Shown here piece after piece: positions 34,276 to 46,601 of a stretch of 64,000 nucleotides of DNA (its first letter is position 1; each line of letters starts with the position of its first letter). Position numbers and translations under genes: made by a program. The DNA comes from Gammaproteobacteria bacterium (lineage in GTDB: Bacteria; Pseudomonadota; Gammaproteobacteria; UBA4575). The DNA is taken from contig JBGCDS010000010.1 in the NCBI GenBank assembly GCA_045105615.1, positions 24,452 through 88,451 of the forward strand, written 5' to 3'. The notes below the pieces were generated by a model that had not been told where the DNA came from, searched no databases, and saw nothing but the letters and a program-made list of their open reading frames with translations.

Positions 34276-35064
34276 ATGAAACCTGGATTAAATATTGCGG
34301 TCAGCGCAGCTAGAGCGGCCGGTCAAGTCATACTCCGAAACATTAACCGCTTGCCGGATATAAAAGTCCACTCTAAAGGCACTAATGATTTTGTTAGCGA
34401 GGTTGACCAGCAGGCTGAAAAATCGATTATTGAGATCATCCAAAAAGCATACCCTAGTCACGCTATTCTTGCTGAAGAGTCTGGCGCCCGATCTGGTGAT
34501 GAGTGCGAATGGATTATTGACCCTCTAGATGGCACCACGAACTATTTACATGGTGTCCCCCAGTATTCCGTTTCGATTGCCATGCGCGAAAAAAATAAAC
34601 TTCAACTTGGTGTTGTGTACGACCCACTCAAAGAAGAATTATTTTGTGCTTCTCGCGGTGACGGTGCAACATTAAATAATCGCCGCATCCGTGTCAGCAA
34701 GCAACGCGATTTAACCGGCAGTTTAATCGGCACAGGTTTACCGTACCGAGATAATCAAGAATTAGAAGTATACATAGCTACTCTGCGAGCCTTATTATCC
34801 AGAACATCAGGCATACGGCGTGCTGGTTCTGCAGCATTAGATCTAGCCTATGTAGCCTCTGGGCGCTTCGATGGTTTTTGGGAATTTGGATTAAACACCT
34901 GGGACATTGCCGCTGGTGTACTTCTAATTCAAGAAGCAGGCGGTTTAGTCAGCGACATAGAAGGCGGGCATACCTACATGGAAACAGGCAACATCGTCGC
35001 GGCCAATAGCCAGATGTACAAAAACCTAATCACGACTATCAATAACGCCGTTAAATCTGTTTAA
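34276..35064 (+). CDS. suhB: Inositol-1-monophosphatase
   Basis: 262 aa. DPLDGT and WDIAAG motifs. Confidence 0.9.
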   Translation: MKPGLNIAVSAARAAGQVILRNINRLPDIKVHSKGTNDFVSEVDQQAEKSIIEIIQKAYPSHAILAEESGARSGDECEWIIDPLDGTTNYLHGVPQYSVSIAMREKNKLQLGVVYDPLKEELFCASRGDGATLNNRRIRVSKQRDLTGSLIGTGLPYRDNQELEVYIATLRALLSRTSGIRRAGSAALDLAYVASGRFDGFWEFGLNTWDIAAGVLLIQEAGGLVSDIEGGHTYMETGNIVAANSQMYKNLITTINNAVKSV

Positions 35065-35067
35065 GCG

Positions 35068-36000
35068 TTACGGTAGTTCGTCCAGCTCTTCGTTTTCTTT
35101 TTCATCTGGAATTAAGTCTTCAGAGGTAACATTGAGCAGAACTAGCATTGAGCTAGCGATATAAATCGAAGAGTAAGTCCCCACTACTACGCCGACAATT
35201 AATGCCAGCGCAAATGAATGTATCACTTCGCCACCAATAAAGAACAGCGCCAGCAATACCAACAAAGTTGTCAATGATGTCACCAAAGTACGAGATATGG
35301 TCTGATTGACAGAGCCATTAATTACTTCCATTGGTGTCCACTTGCGCATGCGCCGAAAATTTTCACGAATGCGATCAAACACAACTATGGTGTCATTCAA
35401 ACTATATCCAATCACCGCTAATACCGCTGCTAATACAGTCAAATCAAATGATGCCTGCGTCACTGAGAAGAAACCGACAGTGACAATCACGTCATGTACT
35501 AATGCAGCAACAGAACCAAGTGAAAATCGATACTCAAACCTTAAAGCGACATAGATAAGAATACCAAACAGCGCATATAATACTGCTAAACCACCATCAT
35601 CTCGCAATTCTTCTCCCACCTGCGGCCCTACAAACTCCACACGTCTCATCGACAATTCACCCGTTGACTGCAATGCTGCTAACACCTGGTTGCTTAACTC
35701 CGATGCTTTATCTCCACCTGCTGCTGGTAGACGAATCAACACATCTTTTGCGGTACCAAAATGTTGCACGATTGCATCTTCAAATGAAGCTTCTTCTAAC
35801 GCGTCGCGGATAGGCTCGAGTTCCACAGCCTGCTGATAACCCACTTCAACCAGAGTACCTCCAGTAAAATCGATACCAAGATTTAAACCACGTGTACTTA
35901 ATGATGCAATAGAGATTGCTATCAATACTGCAGAAATTATCCAGGCAACTTTTCTCTTGCCAAGAAAATCGATATTCAATGATTCGTTAAGTAATTGCAT
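35068..36000 (-). CDS. secF: Protein translocase subunit SecF
   Basis: 310 aa. SecD/SecF family. Confidence 0.9.
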   Translation of the reverse strand: MQLLNESLNIDFLGKRKVAWIISAVLIAISIASLSTRGLNLGIDFTGGTLVEVGYQQAVELEPIRDALEEASFEDAIVQHFGTAKDVLIRLPAAGGDKASELSNQVLAALQSTGELSMRRVEFVGPQVGEELRDDGGLAVLYALFGILIYVALRFEYRFSLGSVAALVHDVIVTVGFFSVTQASFDLTVLAAVLAVIGYSLNDTIVVFDRIRENFRRMRKWTPMEVINGSVNQTISRTLVTSLTTLLVLLALFFIGGEVIHSFALALIVGVVVGTYSSIYIASSMLVLLNVTSEDLIPDEKENEELDELP

Positions 36001-36005
36001 AGTGT

Positions 36006-37874
36006 CTATATCGCCAATTTTGGCGCCTGTTTATTTCCGTAGATTAAATTAATTAACGCACGTGTTCCCATGATTGCAGTCAGCATTGAACACATAATCC
36101 CAATCGAAAGCGTTACTGCAAAACCTTTGATAGGGCCCGTACCAAAAGTAAATAAAACAATCGCAGCAATTAGCGTCGTCACGTTTGCGTCAGCAATGGT
36201 TGATAGGGCTTTTGCATAACCCGAATGAATACTCGCTTGCGGCGAGTTACCGTTGCGCAGTTCTTCTCGAATACGTTCAAATATCAGCACGTTGGCATCA
36301 ACCGCCATACCAACGGTAAGCACAATGCCCGCAATTCCGGGCAGAGTTAATGTTGCACCAGGAATCATCGACAAAATTGCAATAATTAATAGCAAATTCA
36401 CCGTCAGCGCAATATCAGCCACAATGCCGAATACTCGATAGTAAATCACCATGAAAATCATTACTAAAATCATGCCTAGTAACACAGAGCTTTTGCCTTG
36501 ATCAATATTATCCTGACCTAAGCTTGGGCCCACTGTTCGCTCTTCGATAATGCTCATCGGTGCAGCTAATGCACCCGCCCTCAATAGTAATGCTAAATTA
36601 CGTGCTTCACGCGTAGAATCTAAACCAGTAATTTGGAAACGATGGCTTAACTCATCTTGTATCCGCGCAATATTAATAACCTCTTCCACTTTACGAGTCC
36701 GCGTTTGAAGTTGGCCGTTATCGTCTTTGTAGTATTCAGTTTTATTCTCGATAAAGACTACTGCCATTAAACGCTTAATATTTTCGCCAGTTATTTTTCT
36801 GAATTTCCTCGCACCTTCACCATCTAGATTAATAAATACCGCAGCACCACCAGAGTCTTGATCAAGCCCAGAAGACGCATCAGTAATGTATTCACCTTCT
36901 AACTTTGGCTTACGCTTGAGCAACACTGGTGTGCCATCACGTTCAAAATATAACTTGTCACCAATTGGCGTTTGGCCTGTTTGCTTAGCAGCAAATGCAT
37001 CTGCCTGCTCATCTACCATGCGAAATTCTAATGTTGCTGTAGCACCTAAGATATTTTTAGCTTGAGTAGTATCTTGCACGCCAGGCAGCTGCACCACGAT
37101 ACGGTCTAAGCCCTGTCTCTGAATAACTGGCTCAGCCACACCTAATTCATTAACACGCTTTCTTAACGTTGTAGTATTTTGCTGTACTGCAAAGGTTTGT
37201 AATTCTTGTTTCGCTGTATCTTTAAAATCAATCTTAAGATCAAATCCTTTATCAGCACTAACTTCGACAAAGTCTAGATCAGTTCGAAAGTTATCCTTTA
37301 ATTCTGCTAAACCAGCTTGCAAGTTTTCTTCGTCACGAAACTTCACTAGCAAACTACTATTATCATGACTAACAGAAACATATTTAATTTTTTCTTCTCT
37401 TAAGGCGGTTCTAAATTCACCCTCATAACGATCCAGTGCTTTTACTAACGCTGCTTCCACATCAACCTGTAACAAGAAATGCACACCACCACGAAGATCT
37501 AAACCCAGGCTCATCGGACTAGCATTTAAACTTCTTAACCAACCTGGCACTGCAGGTGCAAGATTTAACGCAACAATGTGTTGCGAGTCTAGAATGCTTT
37601 TTAATTCATCGGCTGCTTTCAGTTGCGCATCGGTATCAGAAAAACGAACTAGCAACTGCTGAGAATCAGTCACTTCTGTGCCTTTACTATTTAGCTCGCT
37701 TTGCGTGAGCACCGTTTCAATTTGAGCTTGTAGGCCGGCAGGTAACTCACCACTGTCATGAGATATCTGAACGGATGGATCTTCTGGAAACAGGTTAGGT
37801 AATGCATAGATAGCCGCGATAGCTAATATGCATACCAACATGGCATTTTTCCAAAACGGATAGTGATTTAGCAT
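36006..37874 (-). CDS. secD: Protein translocase subunit SecD
   Basis: 622 aa. SecD family. Confidence 0.9.
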   Translation of the reverse strand: MLNHYPFWKNAMLVCILAIAAIYALPNLFPEDPSVQISHDSGELPAGLQAQIETVLTQSELNSKGTEVTDSQQLLVRFSDTDAQLKAADELKSILDSQHIVALNLAPAVPGWLRSLNASPMSLGLDLRGGVHFLLQVDVEAALVKALDRYEGEFRTALREEKIKYVSVSHDNSSLLVKFRDEENLQAGLAELKDNFRTDLDFVEVSADKGFDLKIDFKDTAKQELQTFAVQQNTTTLRKRVNELGVAEPVIQRQGLDRIVVQLPGVQDTTQAKNILGATATLEFRMVDEQADAFAAKQTGQTPIGDKLYFERDGTPVLLKRKPKLEGEYITDASSGLDQDSGGAAVFINLDGEGARKFRKITGENIKRLMAVVFIENKTEYYKDDNGQLQTRTRKVEEVINIARIQDELSHRFQITGLDSTREARNLALLLRAGALAAPMSIIEERTVGPSLGQDNIDQGKSSVLLGMILVMIFMVIYYRVFGIVADIALTVNLLLIIAILSMIPGATLTLPGIAGIVLTVGMAVDANVLIFERIREELRNGNSPQASIHSGYAKALSTIADANVTTLIAAIVLFTFGTGPIKGFAVTLSIGIMCSMLTAIMGTRALINLIYGNKQAPKLAI

Positions 37875-37939
37875 GTGATTCTCTCGATACTCGCTGTGTT
37901 CTTATTAGTTCTTAGCTGCTTAGTTAAATGTATAAGCCA

Positions 37940-38269
37940 CTAATCTTGGTTTAGGGTGCCCTTAGGTAACACGCTAGCGATAGCATGCTTCTGAACTTTA
38001 ATAACGACATTCTCAGCTAATTCAATGCGAATAATGTCCTCACCAACACCTTTAATCTTTCCCATCATTCCGCCATTAGTCACTACCTCATCACCTTTAC
38101 TAAGCGAATCCATTAGAGATTTATGTTCTTTCGATCTTTTTTGCTGAGGGCGAATTATCATGAAATACATAATGGCGAAAAATATGCCTATCATCACTAG
38201 CATTTCTGTACCACCACCGGCTGGAGCAGGTGCAGCCTCAGCATGAGCATCACTTATTAAAAACATCAT
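37940..38269 (-). CDS. yajC: Preprotein translocase subunit YajC
   Basis: 109 aa, single TM; synteny tgt-yajC-secDF. Confidence 0.85.
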   Translation of the reverse strand: MMFLISDAHAEAAPAPAGGGTEMLVMIGIFFAIMYFMIIRPQQKRSKEHKSLMDSLSKGDEVVTNGGMMGKIKGVGEDIIRIELAENVVIKVQKHAIASVLPKGTLNQD

Positions 38270-38312
38270 TTATCCTTTAGGCGTGCCTGTTGTCTAAATA
38301 CGAAGCGGCGTA

Positions 38313-40506
<2,194 letters not shown>

Positions 40507-40613
40507 TCAACAGGCACAAAAATATAATAAAGCAGGCAATATTATCAAACTGAAAACGTAAGCATGCTTGATGTTATGGGAGTTTCGGTTACACTTCGCG
40601 AACCTTAACATAT

Positions 40614-40698
40614 GCCGGGGTGGCGGAATTGGTAGACGCGCCGGATTCAAAATCCGGTTTCTTCGGAAGTGCGAGTTCGATTCTCGCCCTCGGCACCA
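40614..40698 (+). tRNA. tRNA-Leu (anticodon CAA), class II with long variable arm, CCA encoded
   Basis: Cloverleaf readable: acceptor GCCGGGG/CCTCGGC, anticodon stem CCGGA/TCCGG, loop TTCAAAA, long variable arm. Confidence 0.85.
40644..40698 (+). repeat. attL: 55-bp 3' segment of tRNA-Leu, duplicated exactly at 47128-47182
   Basis: Exact 55-bp direct repeat read by eye in both places. Confidence 0.75.
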
Positions 40699-40799
40699 TT
40701 TAAAAACAGATAGTTACGCAAACACGATCGATCGAACAATTTTTTAAATGTGTTTACGGGGGAGTTATAGGGGATTGCGCATCGTTTACTCATAAAATC

Positions 40800-41720
40800 C
40801 TATCGTGCAGGATTATTAAAATGCTTCACTAGCGCCACTCCATTATGATTCTCAATTAACTTATATGCAGACGTATTCATTATCGTATGCATGAAGCAAT
40901 GGTGCACAGTTAGCACTAAATCCTGCAATTCTGAGTTTGCTTCTAAATCCTCAATTTTCAATCCCAATTCTTTACACTCGTCAATATGTATATGTCTATC
41001 ATGTTGCCGGTTGGTGTCGATTGCAGACAATTTATCTGTTATGTGCCTCGCCTTTTCTTCGGCGTCGGTTTCTCCCTCAAACATACATGTGACCAATTGC
41101 TTCTGCACAAAATCGTTTGCCAGCTTAACTGTATCCTCAACCGTTTTAAAAAATCCAATAGCATATTTGTTAAGTATTGGATGCCATATAAGCGCTCTAG
41201 CCTGATCAGTTTTCATTTCATCGTATGCTTGCTGAAATTCATCAAGTATGGAATATGCTGAAGTACCATTAATTTGCGGATCAATTGGCCCCAAGTTTGA
41301 TTGCTTACCCATCACTATAGATTTACAAGAGCATGACATGATCGTTCCTGCTGACATAGAAATCTGCGGCACAATTGCCCTGATATTATTGCCAAACATT
41401 CTGTGCAAATAGTCAATCAACGATTGAGATGCTGCTAGAGAGCCGCCCGGAGTATGGAGAATCAGATCCAAACCCAAACTTCTATCCATCTGATGCACAG
41501 CCATCATTAACCCATTTTTATCTTCATCTGTTATGGACATTTCTTGAGAATATGGCTTACTCAACCAACCCGAGTAATAACAGATGACGTTTCTATTTGT
41601 AAATCCAAAAAGTTCTTGCAAATATTTTCTTCTAATAGTGTCCGATACAGAAATTATTGCATTCTCATGCTGTTTAATTAATTGATTATGTTCAGTTAAG
41701 ATCTCATTCCAATTTGGCAT
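40800..41720 (-). CDS. SDH-family (serine dehydrogenase proteinase, ClpP/crotonase-fold, S49-like) serine protease, stand-alone cargo of the island
   Basis: 306 aa. Similarity to Clp-fold SDH/SppA-like proteases (LHTPGGS..., GPIDPQ segments). Confidence 0.6.
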   Translation of the reverse strand: MPNWNEILTEHNQLIKQHENAIISVSDTIRRKYLQELFGFTNRNVICYYSGWLSKPYSQEMSITDEDKNGLMMAVHQMDRSLGLDLILHTPGGSLAASQSLIDYLHRMFGNNIRAIVPQISMSAGTIMSCSCKSIVMGKQSNLGPIDPQINGTSAYSILDEFQQAYDEMKTDQARALIWHPILNKYAIGFFKTVEDTVKLANDFVQKQLVTCMFEGETDAEEKARHITDKLSAIDTNRQHDRHIHIDECKELGLKIEDLEANSELQDLVLTVHHCFMHTIMNTSAYKLIENHNGVALVKHFNNPAR

Positions 41721-42359
41721 TTTATTACCCTATTTTTACTTTATATCGACTCGCCTGATAGATTTGTTGCATTACGTGCTATATTTAAAATCTCAATAAA
41801 GTACTGTTACTAAAAAGAATCGACATACTGATTACATTCAATAATCTAATATAGCCATATAAAAATCATGAAAAGTGATACTAATACAACCATTATTGAA
41901 AAACACAAATATATTGACTCAACAATCGATCAGTATATTTCTGAGCATGGTCCAGAATTCTTTGGCTCACGCAGCATCTCGGTCAGCATTGATGGATCTG
42001 GAGTGCTAAAAAATCTTATTAACAATCTCGAGCAACCCGAAAGAGAGTCATTTGTATCATCAAATGCTTTTTTACTGGACTGATTTAGTTTCAGACTAGA
42101 GATTGAGCCATTCCAGCGGCTTACTGAATTTTTCAAAGTTGGCGCAAGCCTAAGACCATACCGGAAGTATATTTCTCAATCATTCTGCTTGAATTATTAA
42201 CATCCACTCCCCTTAAACTCCCCCATTTTCAGCAGCATAAAAGGTCTAACGCGCTATTGCTAGCCTATAAAGCATGAAGTCACAAGATTATATATCCTGT
42301 GTTGCCATATATTGGGCTTTGTTGTAGGTTATATCTAAGATTAATTTCAGGCCAAATAC

Positions 42360-43421
42360 ATGGCTCACATCGAAGCCCGTACAGATAAAAAAGGCAAAAC
42401 TCGCTACCGCGTTCAGATAAGACTAAAAGGACACCCAACTCAGTCAGCAACTTTCGAACGCAAAACTGATGCTAAGAAATGGGCACAAGACACCGAATCA
42501 GCGATTCGAGATGGCCGTCATTTTAAAACTGTTGAGTCAAAACGACATACTGTCGGCGAAATGTTAGATCGATACATCAAGACCGTACTTCCCAAAAAAG
42601 GTAAAAATCAATCTAACCAGAAACCTCAACTCGAATGGTGGAAGGAGAAAATTGGGGGCTATCTACTTGCAGACGCAACACCATCTCTAATTGCTGAACA
42701 CCGCGATATGCTTCAAGAAGACAAAACGCACATGGGGACCAAGCGATCCCCTTCCACCGCCAACAGATACCTTGCTGCGCTCTCTCACTGCTTCACAGTA
42801 GCTGTTAATGAGTGGGAATGGCTAGATGACTCCCCCATGCGAAAAGTGCGCAAATGCAAAGAACCACGAGGCCGGGTGAGATTCTTATCTGATGATGAAA
42901 GAAAACGATTACTCCTTGCATGCCAAGAAGTTGAGAATGGAAGTCTGTACCCTATTGTTGTGCTGGCCCTCTCTACGGGTGCTAGACAATCAGAAATACT
43001 CACATTGAAATGGAAACAGGTGAATTTAAAGCGCGGCCAAATTACATTATTTGACACAAAGAATGACGAAATTCGCTCAATCCCACTAGTTGGCCACGCT
43101 CACGAGATAATTCAACGGCTATCGCAAATTCGAAGAATTGATTCTGATCTACTTTTCCCAGGGAAAAGAAATAAAAAATCACCAACCACTATACGAGCTG
43201 CCTGGGAAAAAGCGCTTGAAATTGCTGAGATTGAAGATTTCCGCTTTCATGACCTCAGACATAGTGCAGCATCCTATCTCGCCATGAGCGGCGGCACACT
43301 CGCTGAGATCGCAGACATATTAGGACACAAGACACTGCAAATGGTGAAGAGGTATGCGCACCTTTCAGATAGTCATAACAGCAAGGTTGTATCAAAAATG
43401 AATGATCAAATTTTTAGCTGA
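42360..43421 (+). CDS. Tyrosine-type site-specific recombinase/integrase (phage integrase family, N-terminal arm-binding domain)
   Basis: 353 aa. Catalytic R (TGARQSE), HxxR (HDLRHS), H (LGH), Y (RYAHL). Confidence 0.9.
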   Translation: MAHIEARTDKKGKTRYRVQIRLKGHPTQSATFERKTDAKKWAQDTESAIRDGRHFKTVESKRHTVGEMLDRYIKTVLPKKGKNQSNQKPQLEWWKEKIGGYLLADATPSLIAEHRDMLQEDKTHMGTKRSPSTANRYLAALSHCFTVAVNEWEWLDDSPMRKVRKCKEPRGRVRFLSDDERKRLLLACQEVENGSLYPIVVLALSTGARQSEILTLKWKQVNLKRGQITLFDTKNDEIRSIPLVGHAHEIIQRLSQIRRIDSDLLFPGKRNKKSPTTIRAAWEKALEIAEIEDFRFHDLRHSAASYLAMSGGTLAEIADILGHKTLQMVKRYAHLSDSHNSKVVSKMNDQIFS

Positions 43422-43423
43422 AA

Positions 43424-43939
43424 ATGGCTTCCAATAAATTCACAGGGAAGCTCAATAAGAGACTAATAGATAGAAGTCGCGAATTAACCGTAGCTCTCCT
43501 CAGAGATGACATAAATAAGCAGAATCAAATCTCCCAGGAGATTAACGAAGAGATCAATGAAAAATTGAGCTTACTTTGCGAACACTATGGACTCTTTGAC
43601 ATAGAACCACAGGAAAAACTGTTATATGAACTCTCACTCTCGCTTGCGAGAGACTTCGTGCCTGGATTCAAGCTAGAAAACAAAGTAGGTGCACCCACAA
43701 AATGGTCCCTAGGAGTGCTACAGGACCTTTATAACACTGTAAATACTCTTAGGTCCTCTAGATCACCTAGAGGTAGCGTCAATTGGGCTTGTATACAGCT
43801 CGCAAGACAAGAGCAATGGAAATCAATTATAAAACAAGAGTCTACATCTCCCGAAAAGGTACTTGAAAGCTACTACTACAAAGCAAAAAATAGCCAAGCA
43901 GCACTCGCGAAGTCATTTAAAAATAAAGTTCTGAAATAA
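43424..43939 (+). CDS. Hypothetical protein, translationally coupled to the integrase
   Basis: 171 aa, no recognised domain; start 3 bp after the int stop. Confidence 0.4.
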   Translation: MASNKFTGKLNKRLIDRSRELTVALLRDDINKQNQISQEINEEINEKLSLLCEHYGLFDIEPQEKLLYELSLSLARDFVPGFKLENKVGAPTKWSLGVLQDLYNTVNTLRSSRSPRGSVNWACIQLARQEQWKSIIKQESTSPEKVLESYYYKAKNSQAALAKSFKNKVLK

Positions 43940-44053
43940 TACAAAATCCAATTTTTTAAGGATTACTCTTTTACGCGTCATTGTTCCCAACTGCTCAAGC
44001 AAGTAGGTGCTTGGCAACAGGAAGCAACAATAAATACGCATAAAGGTAATCAT

Positions 44054-44266
44054 ATGAGCTCATCAAATTTATTCACTGTACGTCAATTCTCAGAAAAACA
44101 TCGCGCATTCTCAGAGGGTGGCATTAGATGGCAAATCTTTAATTCAGACAAAAATGGTCTTGGTAAGTCTGGTGCAATTCTTCGCATTGGAAGAAAAATT
44201 TTGATCAATGAAGATAAGTATCTGGACTGGCTATATGACTCTAATCAACTCAAGTTAATTGACTAG
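44054..44266 (+). CDS. Small HTH DNA-binding protein (excisionase/AlpA-like)
   Basis: 70 aa. LFTVRQFSEKH.....IRWQI pattern typical of MerR/Xis-type HTH. Confidence 0.45.
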   Translation: MSSSNLFTVRQFSEKHRAFSEGGIRWQIFNSDKNGLGKSGAILRIGRKILINEDKYLDWLYDSNQLKLID

Positions 44267-44278
44267 AAAGCTAAGATA

Positions 44279-44770
44279 ATGCCATCAAAAGACAGACTAA
44301 AAGTCAAAGGCAGAAAAATTAGCGGGGGTTTTGTAGCTTTCCCACATGATTGCTTGAATCACGTAAATTTCATTATATTGTCCCCTTATGCAGTAAAACT
44401 CCTAGTGGACTTATACAGTCAATATAGAGGCAAAAATAATGGCGACCTATGTATGACTTGGTCAATGATGAAAAACCGTGGGTGGAGATCTGAAGCAACT
44501 TTAAACAAGGCTAGACATGAATTAATACATTACGGGTGGATCACTCTCACTCGGCAAGGTGGTCGAAATGCAGCAAGCTTGTATGCAGTGACATGGCAAT
44601 CTATCGATGAGTGTAAAGGCAAACTTGATGCTAGGGCCACTAACGTTGCATCAGGCGCCTGGAAAGAACCAAAAATGCCATTTCTAAAAACTAAAAAATC
44701 AAAACGAGTACTACGCGATCCGTATCAACCTACTACGCCTAAAGTAGTAAAAATAGGAGTTATACCTTGA
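44279..44770 (+). CDS. Putative winged-helix replication-initiator-like protein
   Basis: 163 aa. LSPYAVKLLVDLYSQ....GD...SMMKNRGWRSEATLNKARHELIHYGWI resembles the Rep/wHTH N-terminal domains of mobile elements. Confidence 0.35.
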   Translation: MPSKDRLKVKGRKISGGFVAFPHDCLNHVNFIILSPYAVKLLVDLYSQYRGKNNGDLCMTWSMMKNRGWRSEATLNKARHELIHYGWITLTRQGGRNAASLYAVTWQSIDECKGKLDARATNVASGAWKEPKMPFLKTKKSKRVLRDPYQPTTPKVVKIGVIP

Positions 44771-44908
44771 TACGATTTTTAATTACATCATCTGATGAAT
44801 TAATGTAGCCAATTTTCAGCAATTCGCTACTACACATGCTGCATACCTTTATATAAATATACCATGTAGTGCAGCATTTATTTTCATTGCAATAGCAAGG
44901 AATTAACA

Positions 44909-45319
44909 ATGCCATTTAAAAAAGGTCAATCAGGAAATCCAAAAGGTCGCAAACCCGGCTTAAGCAACCAGGCCAAGTTTCGAGGACTAATCGAAGCGCA
45001 CATTCCCTCTCTCGTCGATACCGTTGTTAAAAAAGCATTAGCAGGCGATATGACTGCTATGAAAATTTGCATTGACCGTGTATGTCCACCACTCAAAGCA
45101 AGAGATGAATTAATCAAGATCAATAAAATGGGCTCTCAACAATTACTAGATCAAGCAAACACTGTTTTGCTCGAGATGCACTCTGGGAAAATTAGCCCAA
45201 CTGAAGCTGGAAGTATTATGCGTGTTCTCGAATCTAAGACTAAAATTTTGGAAATCGTTGACCTAACGGCGCGAATTGAAGAATTAGAAAATTTTGCGAA
45301 TAATGGAAATAAGCCATGA
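44909..45319 (+). CDS. DUF5681-like phage/mobile-element protein (N-terminal GNPKGRKPG motif)
   Basis: 136 aa. KGQSGNPKGRKPG motif. Confidence 0.45.
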   Translation: MPFKKGQSGNPKGRKPGLSNQAKFRGLIEAHIPSLVDTVVKKALAGDMTAMKICIDRVCPPLKARDELIKINKMGSQQLLDQANTVLLEMHSGKISPTEAGSIMRVLESKTKILEIVDLTARIEELENFANNGNKP

Positions 45320-45582
45320 GTATCCATAGAAGAATAAATAAACTTGAGGAGAAAATTTACCCTCCCAAGAAAATTAAACCTCCCCGTATTATCATGATTG
45401 GTATTGATGAAACGCAAGAGCAAGCATATAAGCGTCAAGTAACAGATAAAAATATCGACCGCAGTGATTTTGGCCAGCTTATTTGTATACGATTCACAAA
45501 TTCTAAAAATCCATTTCTAGGTGATGACGTAAAGCCTAAGGAGCTTGGAAGTAACCTCACACACCCTACTTGGAAATATTGA
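45316..45582 (+). CDS. Hypothetical protein (ATGA overlap with the upstream gene)
   Basis: 88 aa, basic N-terminus. Coupling to the upstream ORF. Confidence 0.3.
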   Translation: MSIHRRINKLEEKIYPPKKIKPPRIIMIGIDETQEQAYKRQVTDKNIDRSDFGQLICIRFTNSKNPFLGDDVKPKELGSNLTHPTWKY

Positions 45583-45737
45583 TGATCTTGAACTAAACAA
45601 GCCCCATCAGATAAACTCATGAACACCTTAACGGTATTAGTCAATGACTGCTTTCGACCCAAAGAGGACATGTGTTACTAATGTTTCTATTGAACTTATG
45701 ATTATAATGATAGTAGCGAACAACTAAAAAATGTGAA

Positions 45738-45992
45738 ATGAAGAGTAAAAGCCAAAAATTAGTCTGGTCTTACCTGCTTGCGTCTTTATTTGTGGCCAGT
45801 GCATATACCTATATGGTAGTTGATACGTTTTTAAGAACAGGAGAATTTTGTATAAGCATGCCTGGTCGAGGCTCAACTTCTCAGGGCTGTTTATCTGAAT
45901 TTGCTCCTATTTTTATTGGTATAACTATTTTCTGGTTGGGTTGTGCAGTTCATTTTTTATTATTAGGCCTTAACAAAAGAGGTTTATGGTAA
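45738..45992 (+). CDS. Small hypothetical membrane protein (2 TM)
   Basis: 84 aa with two hydrophobic helices. Confidence 0.35.
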   Translation: MKSKSQKLVWSYLLASLFVASAYTYMVVDTFLRTGEFCISMPGRGSTSQGCLSEFAPIFIGITIFWLGCAVHFLLLGLNKRGLW

Positions 45993-46091
45993 GAAAATAA
46001 AAAGGTCAGACTTGTTGATATATAGGCGACATACAAAGACATTACACTTGAAACATAAAAGTTTAATTTTATTGTTAGCGAATGACCGCTA

Positions 46092-46595
46092 TTGAGCCGT
46101 AAAGTGACAAATAAGACACCCATGAAAACAACCAATGTAATCACATTAATAATATTTTTATTGACGGGGTGCGGTTTATCGAACTCAGAAATTGGTATGT
46201 GTTATCCACAGGGAAATCACTTAGATTTATTTACAGAGGAATTAGATAAGCGAGGCATTACCTATACTAACGATGCTCAAAATCCTGAGTGTGTAAATAT
46301 GATGAACATATCGGATGAAGATGTCCAAGAAATACAAGACTATGTTTTTGGAATTTCTCCACCAGCTAAATATAGTCGTGCATTTAAAATTTCAGGCTTT
46401 CTTGAGTCAACGAATGATCTTAGCGATCTAGAAAACATTGAATATAAGAATGATAATTTGCGTGCAATAAATATACTTGAGGAAAATGATATCAAAGTGA
46501 AAACTATGGTCTATTTTGGTACAGAGCATATTGTTTGGAATAAGAAGGACGATGTGCGAGTAAGAGAGTTGCTAAACTTAGAGCCTCCCAAATGA
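46092..46595 (+). CDS. Hypothetical lipoprotein (lipobox LLTGC). True start probably the internal ATG (MKTTNVITLIIFLLTGCG)
   Basis: 167 aa. Signal peptide plus lipobox Cys. Confidence 0.5.
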   Translation: MSRKVTNKTPMKTTNVITLIIFLLTGCGLSNSEIGMCYPQGNHLDLFTEELDKRGITYTNDAQNPECVNMMNISDEDVQEIQDYVFGISPPAKYSRAFKISGFLESTNDLSDLENIEYKNDNLRAINILEENDIKVKTMVYFGTEHIVWNKKDDVRVRELLNLEPPK

Positions 46596-46601
46596 CCGCT
46601 A

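Noticed and set aside
41868-42083. 71-aa plus-strand ORF in the divergent protease/integrase promoter region
   Set aside because: No convincing RBS, and it lies in a regulatory region. It is kept as a possible small protein only, not called.
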